DNA of 64,000 nucleotides from an uncultured archaeon. Lineage in GTDB: Archaea > Aenigmatarchaeota > Aenigmatarchaeia > QMZP01 > JACQNV01. Positions 10,337 through 18,088 of the stretch are shown one piece after another; within the stretch, counting starts at the first letter, position 1, and each line of letters starts with the position of its first letter. The stretch is from assembly GCA_964631205.1 (NCBI GenBank), contig CAZVWU010000002.1, forward strand, positions 69,031 through 133,030. Reading direction: 5' to 3'. Below the pieces are notes generated by a model. That model saw only the letters and a list, made by a program, of their open reading frames with translations. It did not search any database and was not told the origin of the DNA. The translations under genes were made by a program, and so were the position numbers.

Positions 10337-12064
10337 TTATAATATCTTATACACAAGGCTGCAATCTGAAAGATTGCTTGTTAGGCAGTTCTGCTCTGTC
10401 TCATAAACAAGCTTGTAATCCGGGGAGTTTGCGATGAAATTTACAAATTCAACTGGATAGCTTTCTCCTTCATTGCCCTGGCTGATTGAGAATTTTTGTA
10501 TGAATATGTAATCTGCGCCGTGGAGCTTGAAGATTTTTGTTGTGTCGTTGTTTTTTGCCAATACGGCTTGGTCTATTCCTGGATCTGATATCCAGACTGT
10601 ATCCCGCCTGCAGGCGTATTCTGCACGGTGTTGCCATAGGGTCACCAATAAAGATCCTTTCTCAGTATTTTCTTTTATCCAGTCGCATCCTTGGAAAAAC
10701 GATGGTGAAAATTGCTTGATAGGCTTCAGGGACTGGGCTTTGGCATTTGCTGTGTTTAATGTCCAGACAACAATAACTGCAACAAAAATTATTGCAATTA
10801 TGGGCCCGATTTTCTGCACTGTTTTCATTGAAGAATAAATTTTTTCAGAGGCAATTCCTGCAAATATTGCCAGAGGGGCTGTTATCCCTAGCATCGCTCT
10901 CGCAGAGTCTTCGGCGCGGCTGGTTGCTGAGAGATAATAGGTTATAGACAATGTGAGGGCGAACCACAATAATATGAAAAGTTCACCGTTCTTTCTGTTC
11001 ATCAGGATATAGAATATGCCTATAGCTCCCAGCAGTATGACAAGCGGCGTATATGCAAATTCAATAAAGTTTGTTATTCCCATCCTTAGCAAAGAATCGT
11101 TAGTTCCGCCTGCCGAAAGACCGGCGAATGCTTTTGAGCCTTCGTTTATTTGGGGGATTTCTTTGAGAACCACGATAGAACTGCCTGTTGTAAATCTGTC
11201 GAGCACAGGGACACCAAATGTTTTTGCCTGCAAATAGTTATGCAAGAAGTACCAAGGCCCCACCACAATTAAAAATATTGCAAGGAGCGGGAATAACTTA
11301 TGGCCAAATTCTTTGGGGTTCCGCTTTGTGGAGGCCAGAAGTATGAAAAAATAGAGGATAGGTATTATAAATCCTCCGACGTCTGTGAGGGCTGCCATGC
11401 CTGCACAGGCTCCGGAAATTAATGTAAACCGTTTCCTTTTTTCTGTCTCGGCGAGGTAAAGGAAGTACATTGACGCTGCCAGCAGCAGGACGAAAACAAC
11501 TTCCACATAAAGCAGTATGGTGTATGTGATAAATGAAGGCATTATTACCAGAAATAAAGAGGCTAAAATCCCTGCCTCTTCAGAGAATATTTTTTTTACA
11601 AAAAGGAAAAGGACCATGGCTGTGACAACATTTACAATTGGTAACAGGGCTTTCATGAAAATTTCCCCGCCTATACCAAAAAAAGATGCCAGAAGCATCA
11701 TCATGTAAGGCGGCCTGATAAAATAATTTTTGAAAGCATCGCTTTCAGATTGTATATGATAGAATTGCGGGATTTGCTTATTCTCCCACATCCAGGCAGC
11801 CCTGGAGGCATAAAGGCCTTCGTCGCCAAAAACAGTTGGGGTAGTTAGGGTTACACTTAGATTAATTATAAGCGAAGCCCCCATAAGGAGGGAAAACAAG
11901 ATCCTCCATCTCCTTTTGAAAATAAGAAAGGAAATTGCAGTGCTTGCTGCGATAATTATTGCGGCTGTTGCGAGCTCTTTTATAAAAAAATAAGACAACA
12001 AGCCGTTTATTATAATGTTCAATACTATCAGCATGCTAAGGCTATTCTGATTTTTTATCTCCAT
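10337..12064 (-). CDS. polytopic GT-C-like glycosyltransferase (PMT_2/ArnT-like)
   Basis: First-loop FGDEGLYASRAAW (DE motif), many TM segments and a C-terminal soluble domain. Confidence 0.6.
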   Translation of the reverse strand: MEIKNQNSLSMLIVLNIIINGLLSYFFIKELATAAIIIAASTAISFLIFKRRWRILFSLLMGASLIINLSVTLTTPTVFGDEGLYASRAAWMWENKQIPQFYHIQSESDAFKNYFIRPPYMMMLLASFFGIGGEIFMKALLPIVNVVTAMVLFLFVKKIFSEEAGILASLFLVIMPSFITYTILLYVEVVFVLLLAASMYFLYLAETEKRKRFTLISGACAGMAALTDVGGFIIPILYFFILLASTKRNPKEFGHKLFPLLAIFLIVVGPWYFLHNYLQAKTFGVPVLDRFTTGSSIVVLKEIPQINEGSKAFAGLSAGGTNDSLLRMGITNFIEFAYTPLVILLGAIGIFYILMNRKNGELFILLWFALTLSITYYLSATSRAEDSARAMLGITAPLAIFAGIASEKIYSSMKTVQKIGPIIAIIFVAVIVVWTLNTANAKAQSLKPIKQFSPSFFQGCDWIKENTEKGSLLVTLWQHRAEYACRRDTVWISDPGIDQAVLAKNNDTTKIFKLHGADYIFIQKFSISQGNEGESYPVEFVNFIANSPDYKLVYETEQNCLTSNLSDCSLVYKIL

Positions 12065-13262
12065 AATTTTTTACAATATGCTCCAATAATTTCTTATATT
12101 CCTTGAAAATTTTTTCTTTTCTATATTGTTTGATTTTTTTGCAGTTGGATTTAAATAGTTGAATTTGTTTCTCATTGTTATAAAGATTGATAATATCTTC
12201 TGCGATGGTTGCCTGGCTTGAAATAATCCCGATATTATTTTCTTTAACAATATCCCTCAAACCGCCAGAAGATTCCAATGTTATTATAGGGATCCTGTAT
12301 TCCATTGCTTCAAGCGAGACAATTCCGAAAGGCTCTGGCCATCTCGAAGGCGCCACGAGGAAATCTGCCCTTTCAAAAAACTTGTATTTTTCTTCCACCA
12401 AAAAACCGTGTGTGTGTATATTGAGGTCTTTTCTGTCAACTGTGGTTTTAAGCGGCCCTTCACCTATCACGTCGATTCTGAAATCAATTTTTTGTTTAAG
12501 GAGCTCTTGGGCCAAAGGAATCAAAAGATCTGCGCCTTTTTTCAGTTCAACTCTTCCAGCAAACAATAGGTTTAATTTTTCGCCTCTTTTATTTTTTATT
12601 GGGTTTTTATTTTCTTTACCAAAGTATGGGTAGGGGATTACTCTAGACTTGTAGCCGCGTTCTTCAAGCCTTTCTTTTACAAAATTGGAATGGCAGACAA
12701 TTTCTTTTGCATTGCTCAGGAGCTTTCTTTTCATGTTGGACTCGATGTAAAGCTGCGGTATAAAGAATGGCTCAGCAGGAAAGCTAAATTTCTTTGAAAG
12801 GCAGAAGGAGCATCTCCAGTTTTCTTTTTGTGTGCAAAATTTTTGGTCATCTTTGAACAAGTCCTTTGAAAAGCAGACTGGCCAGTAATCATGAGCATCA
12901 AGAAGGAATGGTATTTCTTCGGCTGCCTGAAGCGGAGCCAGAGAAAGGTGGTAAAGGTTGTTTATATGCAGGATGTCAGGGGTTTCCTTTTTGTAGATCT
13001 GCTTAATTTGGCTGATTAAAGGCTTATTGAAAGCCAGCCATGGAAGGGTTATCCCTGGAGCCTGCTTCATATGCTTAAAATTCAGAGGTGACGAATTTAT
13101 TTTGTATGTTTTAAATCCTGTGCCCCCAGATACTGCATTCTGTGTTATTAAAAATATTTCAAAGCCCTGGTTTTCAAGATAGGTGTACAGGGCTTTCAGG
13201 AATAATTCTGTGCCGCCTGTTGTTTTAGGTGGGAAAAAGTCGTTTACCAAACCGATTTTCAT
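12042..13262 (-). CDS. GT4-family (GT-B) glycosyltransferase
   Basis: MKIGLVNDFFPPKTTGGTE N-terminus and C-terminal EPFGIVSLEAM (EX7E-type) motif. Start moved to the ATG at 13262. Confidence 0.8.
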   Translation of the reverse strand: MKIGLVNDFFPPKTTGGTELFLKALYTYLENQGFEIFLITQNAVSGGTGFKTYKINSSPLNFKHMKQAPGITLPWLAFNKPLISQIKQIYKKETPDILHINNLYHLSLAPLQAAEEIPFLLDAHDYWPVCFSKDLFKDDQKFCTQKENWRCSFCLSKKFSFPAEPFFIPQLYIESNMKRKLLSNAKEIVCHSNFVKERLEERGYKSRVIPYPYFGKENKNPIKNKRGEKLNLLFAGRVELKKGADLLIPLAQELLKQKIDFRIDVIGEGPLKTTVDRKDLNIHTHGFLVEEKYKFFERADFLVAPSRWPEPFGIVSLEAMEYRIPIITLESSGGLRDIVKENNIGIISSQATIAEDIINLYNNEKQIQLFKSNCKKIKQYRKEKIFKEYKKLLEHIVKNYGDKKSE

Positions 13263-13335
13263 AACATGAGTCTCCTCTCTATTTAGCATTGATAGAATGT
13301 TTATTAATACGTTAAGTATATTTTACAGATAGGCT

Positions 13336-15411
13336 ATGTTTTTGTTCAATAATATAAATAAAAAATCGGCTGCAATAGTGGCTGTCTCGCTGCTGCTGAT
13401 AATGTACATATCTGTTTTGGTCAGGGCAGGGACGCTTTCATCGCCGACTGTGTTGGATTATGATCCATGGTATTTCTACAGGCATGCGGAAAACATAGTC
13501 AACAACAATATGCAGATACCGAAGTGGGACTATTTGAGCTTTTATCCTCCCGGCAGGCCAATAGAACCGTATCAGGGCTGGCCTTTTACAGTCGCTGTAT
13601 TTTACAAAATTTCCTCTATTTTTAGCAATATCTCCCTTATGGAGGTTGCGAAATTATCGCCGCTTATAATGGTCTTGCTTACACCAATACCGGCATTCCT
13701 GCTTGGCAGGCTGCTTATCAATAAATGGGCTGGGATTGCTACGGCTGTCTTTGCAACGCTGTCGCCGGCTTTTGTGACTGTCTCAATGGGCGGGTATACC
13801 GACAGCGATGCACCTGTTGTATTTTATTTTTTCCTGACAGTTTATTCGATAATTCTTGCTATGAAAAAGAAGAAACCGCAGTACTACGGTTTTGCTGTTC
13901 TTGCCAATATACTTTTTGTATTCAACTGGGGAGGCGGATGGCTTCCTTCAATACTTTTCCTTGCGTTTATCCCGGCATACCTCATATTCAGAGCAGTCGA
14001 GGAGATGGTGCATAACAAAAAGCTGGCTTTGCATTCAGGCCCGATAATGCAGGATTTTAGGGAGATCATAAAGCCGCTGCTCATAACAATAGGCCTTATA
14101 AGCATTGCTGGGTACATACTAGGTTTTGGCTCGCCAGTGCATTCTTTAATTGGGGGCTTGGGATTTACAGGCCTTTCAGAGGGCGGGTTGATTGTGAACA
14201 TTTCTGTGGCTGAGCTGCAGCCGTTAAATGTGTTCACAAAAGAAGGGTTCCTTACTGTTGTCAACAGAGTTGGGTTGGCTCCAACTGTTTTTACACTAAT
14301 TTTCCTGCCTGTATTGGTTGCATACAAACTGTTTAAAAAGAAAAGGATAGAATTCCCTGAAATATTTTTGTTTTTGTGGGCGCTTGTTGGGTATTACCTT
14401 ATCACAAGGGGCATGAGGTTTTCCCTTCTTTTCTCGATAGCAGGGGCGGTTTCTGCTGGTTATGTAATCGGCAATCTGGCAAAATATGAAAAGAAGAATA
14501 TCTTGTCGGCAGCAATTTTTGGTGTGATAGGCTTCCTTATGCTTGTATCTGTTTCTGATGCGTTTGCTACCGGGTTTGCGAATACAGGATTGGAAATAAA
14601 CCAGAACTGGTATGACATGTTGGACTGGCTTAAGCAAAACGCTGACAGGGATTCGCTGATTTCAACGTGGTGGGATCCGGGGCACATCATAGAAGGCTAT
14701 ATTGGCTTGAAGGCTCATGCGGATGGAGCGCACTGCGCGCCTGAACTGTGCATACCTTACAATCACAATATACGGATAAGGGATATGGGCAGGATATTCT
14801 CGACTTCAGATGAAAACGAGGCTGTAGAGATATTGAAAAAATACAAGGAGCTTAGCCCCAAACAATGCGAGCGCGCAAGGGAAGCGTTTCCTTCGGTTTT
14901 CCCTGCTGACGCGTGCAAGCCTATTACTGATATTTATTTGATCGCGAGCTCCGACCTTATTGGGAAATATTACTGGCTAAGTTTTTTCGGCTCATATGAC
15001 CCAAAAACAAAAAGCGGTGATGGAAAGAGTTTTGTCACTTTAAGTGCGGCCAGCCAGGAGCCTGATGGAACCATAGTTTATGGAAATGGGGTTGTAACCT
15101 TAGCAGTAAAGGATGGGAAACCAGTCCCAATAGCAAATGTGCAGGGAAAGAATGCCTTGATAAGGAACCTTGTGGTTTACCAGAACGGCCAGCCAAATAT
15201 TTTGGATTTTGCGGATGGGAATTCGACGCAGGAACTGGTTGATGGGCTTTTATGGGTGGATCCTGGGTTCAGGAATGCAATATTTATGGAAGGGGCTGTG
15301 AGGGATAGCCTATTTACTAGGATGTTTTTCCTTAATGGGGCCGGCCTTAACAAATTCACGCTTGTTTACCAGAACCCTGAAATAAAAGTATTTAAGGTAA
15401 ATGTTAGTTAG
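13336..15411 (+). CDS. aglB: archaeal oligosaccharyltransferase AglB/STT3
   Basis: Polytopic N-terminal half plus a soluble C-terminal domain carrying TWWDPGH (the WWDxG signature). Confidence 0.85.
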   Translation: MFLFNNINKKSAAIVAVSLLLIMYISVLVRAGTLSSPTVLDYDPWYFYRHAENIVNNNMQIPKWDYLSFYPPGRPIEPYQGWPFTVAVFYKISSIFSNISLMEVAKLSPLIMVLLTPIPAFLLGRLLINKWAGIATAVFATLSPAFVTVSMGGYTDSDAPVVFYFFLTVYSIILAMKKKKPQYYGFAVLANILFVFNWGGGWLPSILFLAFIPAYLIFRAVEEMVHNKKLALHSGPIMQDFREIIKPLLITIGLISIAGYILGFGSPVHSLIGGLGFTGLSEGGLIVNISVAELQPLNVFTKEGFLTVVNRVGLAPTVFTLIFLPVLVAYKLFKKKRIEFPEIFLFLWALVGYYLITRGMRFSLLFSIAGAVSAGYVIGNLAKYEKKNILSAAIFGVIGFLMLVSVSDAFATGFANTGLEINQNWYDMLDWLKQNADRDSLISTWWDPGHIIEGYIGLKAHADGAHCAPELCIPYNHNIRIRDMGRIFSTSDENEAVEILKKYKELSPKQCERAREAFPSVFPADACKPITDIYLIASSDLIGKYYWLSFFGSYDPKTKSGDGKSFVTLSAASQEPDGTIVYGNGVVTLAVKDGKPVPIANVQGKNALIRNLVVYQNGQPNILDFADGNSTQELVDGLLWVDPGFRNAIFMEGAVRDSLFTRMFFLNGAGLNKFTLVYQNPEIKVFKVNVS

Positions 15412-15429
15412 ATAATACGTCTTCGTATA

Positions 15430-15678
15430 ATGGGTATGATGCTTAAGTTTAAAGTAAAAGGGAAGGACGCCTACGAAACTTTGGAGAATGGCTCATTTCT
15501 GTCAATGGGTATTGGGGTTCTTTTGGTTATAGTGGGCTTCAGTCTTTCTGTAAACTCGTCAAGTGTTTTGGCAGGCACAGCAGCAATTCTCGGCTCGTTT
15601 ATATTTTTTGTTTCGCTTGTGGCGCTTATCCTCACACTTTTTGCGAAAGAGATAAAAAGCGGCAGACAGGAAGCCTGA
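15430..15678 (+). CDS. small membrane protein (82 aa)
   Basis: Two hydrophobic segments, sits just downstream of aglB. No homology recognisable. Confidence 0.4.
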   Translation: MGMMLKFKVKGKDAYETLENGSFLSMGIGVLLVIVGFSLSVNSSSVLAGTAAILGSFIFFVSLVALILTLFAKEIKSGRQEA

Positions 15679-15730
15679 TTTTTGGTTCGGGTTGTATAAG
15701 CAGACACAGATTTATTGCTTTTTTAACTAA

Positions 15731-16765
15731 TTATAAAACTGAAAGGAAAGCTAAAGAAAGCAGAAGGGTTATTGTGCAGATTATTACCTGGCCTGCGATG
15801 AGCAGCATTGTTATGTCTCTTTCGCTGAACCTTTTGAATTTCATTAAAATATGTATTAATGAATAGGTTTTTTTATACGGGGTTTCTAGGATGCCTTTTT
15901 TGTTGAGGTTGCCGAGTGTGCGGGCCTTGAACTTGGATCTGAGCTTTAAGAAAAACTCGAGAATCCATAAAAAGAATATGAATATCCCGAATCTTTCTAT
16001 ATCCCCTATAATCAGTGAAGTCGCTATGGAGGCTCCGACAAGAAAGGTCAGTGAATCACCAGGCAGGATTTTTGCAGGATACCAGTTGAACAAAAGCATT
16101 GATAAAAGGGCTCCTGCTGCTGAGAAAGCTATTATTGCGGCTTCAGGCCTGCCTGCAAAAAAGGCATAGATCCCTATCGAGAGCGTTGTTACAAACCCGA
16201 GTCCTGCTTCCATGCCATTCATGCCTGCGAGCATGTTTGTGGCGTTTGTTACAAAGACTATTGCGAGAGGCACTATCAGCAGGGGGAAAAAGATTCCAAA
16301 ATTCACTACACCGAAGAATGGGAGTGCCATCTCTGTGACACCTGCACGAACAGCCATAATTGGGATTGCTGCCGGCAGAACCAGTAAGGGCTTTTGCCAT
16401 TGCTTAAGGCCGATCCTATAATCTGCAAGTCCTTTGTCTTTTTTCAGGGAGGGCGAAACATTGATGTCGTCGAAGAACCCTATAAACGTGATTATAAGTA
16501 TTGAAAAGGCTGCTGCTAGGATGTAAGAAAGGTTTGTTGAGCTGTTTATAATTAGGAATCTGTCCACAGCTATAAACAAAAAGGCTGCTGCTAGGAACCC
16601 TATGAGCACAATAACCCCAGCAGAGGTTGGGAGCAGAGGTTTATTGATTTTTTGCTGGTCTATAGCACGTATACCGACCCTGAATAAAAATTTTTTTACA
16701 GATTTATAGAAGAGCAGGACTGTTAGGAGTGCTGCCAGAAAAACTAAAATGTAAACGTAAGCCAT
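15731..16765 (-). CDS. UDP-GlcNAc:dolichyl-phosphate GlcNAc-1-P transferase-like (MraY/WecA/AglH family)
   Basis: Polytopic protein with FFDD and NATNMLAGMNGMEAG motifs of the polyprenyl-phosphate sugar-1-P transferase family. Confidence 0.8.
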   Translation of the reverse strand: MAYVYILVFLAALLTVLLFYKSVKKFLFRVGIRAIDQQKINKPLLPTSAGVIVLIGFLAAAFLFIAVDRFLIINSSTNLSYILAAAFSILIITFIGFFDDINVSPSLKKDKGLADYRIGLKQWQKPLLVLPAAIPIMAVRAGVTEMALPFFGVVNFGIFFPLLIVPLAIVFVTNATNMLAGMNGMEAGLGFVTTLSIGIYAFFAGRPEAAIIAFSAAGALLSMLLFNWYPAKILPGDSLTFLVGASIATSLIIGDIERFGIFIFFLWILEFFLKLRSKFKARTLGNLNKKGILETPYKKTYSLIHILMKFKRFSERDITMLLIAGQVIICTITLLLSLAFLSVL

Positions 16766-16817
16766 TCAGGTAATTAGGCTAGGTGAATTATAAATATATT
16801 CCGCTTTTGACAAGCGG

Positions 16818-17147
16818 CTAAACAGGCGCGCCCTTGAGCTTCAGGATGGCGGCTGCTATGTCGCCTGTTTCTTCCAAAGCTTTCGCTGCCTCTTGCTTCG
16901 TGACTCCGGTCTGCTCTATTATTATTTTAATGTCATCTTCAGAAAATTTGCTTCTGTATCTTTCAACAATTTCGCCTGTTATCTGGAGGCTTTCCTGGCC
17001 CCCCATATTTATTCTAGTTACCTGCGGGTTTGAAATCACAAGGTCTTTTTCAGGGGTTTTTATCACCACTTCTTCAGCTATTATTTCCTCCGATTTTATC
17101 CCCATTTTTTTCATCGCCTGTTCAATTTGCTTCGGATTGATTTTCAT
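16818..17147 (-). CDS. nac: nascent polypeptide-associated complex protein (NAC)
   Basis: NAC beta-barrel segment (VVIKTPEKDLVISNPQV...) plus a C-terminal UBA-like TKQEAAKALEETGDIAAAILKL. Confidence 0.85.
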   Translation of the reverse strand: MKINPKQIEQAMKKMGIKSEEIIAEEVVIKTPEKDLVISNPQVTRINMGGQESLQITGEIVERYRSKFSEDDIKIIIEQTGVTKQEAAKALEETGDIAAAILKLKGAPV

Positions 17148-17242
17148 AGTAAGTGCCTTCTAGTGCAGGTCTTTTCCTCAGAAAAGAAGTGCTTTTCTAT
17201 TGTTTTTTATTATATAAATTCAATGTATTCCAATAAGAGTAT

Positions 17243-17875
17243 ATGAATGTATTTAAACATCTGATTGAAGATCTTGAACTTGACTATGAAAATCACCCAA
17301 GATTAATATGTTTTGCTGTTATTGTTTTGTTTTGGTTTTTGATTTTAATACAGTCTTATTTTGCAGCCCCTAGGAATTTTACAGTTGTTTTTTTAGATAC
17401 TTGGGAGATATTGTTTTTTGTTGTTCCTCTATTGGTTGTTGTTGCAAGATTAAAAATCAGGAATTTGCTGCTGTTTGGGGGGGGGCATATAATTTTGGGG
17501 ATTTCCGTAGCGTTTCTAAGATTCCCTAGCTTCATTAAAATAGAATATGCAACACTTTTTTTTTTAACAGGCATTTGGTTGATTGGTGAGTGGTTTAATT
17601 ATAGAAAATTCAAAAAATGTTTGCTTTCAGAATTGCTTAAAGGAAATTATTATCTGGCATTTGGTTTGGTTTTATCAGCTGGCCTGTTAGGCTCTATTGT
17701 GGAGTTTGTGAATGCGCCTGCAGGCCTTTGGTGGTATAGATTTCCATTTCCTTCTCTAGAAATTTTTGGGGTTCCAATATTTATTGCTGTTTTTGGGTGG
17801 TTTCCATGGATTTTGGCAATGTTTATATTCCTGTATCCGTTTGCTTTAAAGAAGCCTAAAAAATTTAGGTCTTAA
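17243..17875 (+). CDS. polytopic membrane protein of unknown function
   Basis: 210 aa with ~6 TM segments. Contains the G9 tract encoding FGGGH. Confidence 0.5.
   Translation: MNVFKHLIEDLELDYENHPRLICFAVIVLFWFLILIQSYFAAPRNFTVVFLDTWEILFFVVPLLVVVARLKIRNLLLFGGGHIILGISVAFLRFPSFIKIEYATLFFLTGIWLIGEWFNYRKFKKCLLSELLKGNYYLAFGLVLSAGLLGSIVEFVNAPAGLWWYRFPFPSLEIFGVPIFIAVFGWFPWILAMFIFLYPFALKKPKKFRS
17477..17485 (+). repeat. G9 homopolymer inside a membrane-protein CDS (in frame here)
   Basis: Read directly as ctgtttGGGGGGGGGcat. Such a run is unusual in an AT-rich genome. Confidence 0.9.
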
Positions 17876-18088
17876 TCAGATTTTATTTGATATCTCTCAA
17901 TAAAAAGCTCTATACTTTTAATCCTTAATTTTATAAAGTAAACATACAAGTTATTTCCATATGATCTGGGATCTACGCAAGCTTTCTTTTAGTTAAGGTT
18001 TTCTTAATATAAAGCTGAAATCTATTGCAAGTGTAAATATAAGGGAGGGTTAGAGGAACCGTAGGTTCCCTATGAGAAAGAAAAAATT

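Noticed and set aside
16834-17163. 109-aa plus-strand ORF
   Set aside because: It is the exact antisense of the NAC gene, which has convincing NAC and UBA segments.
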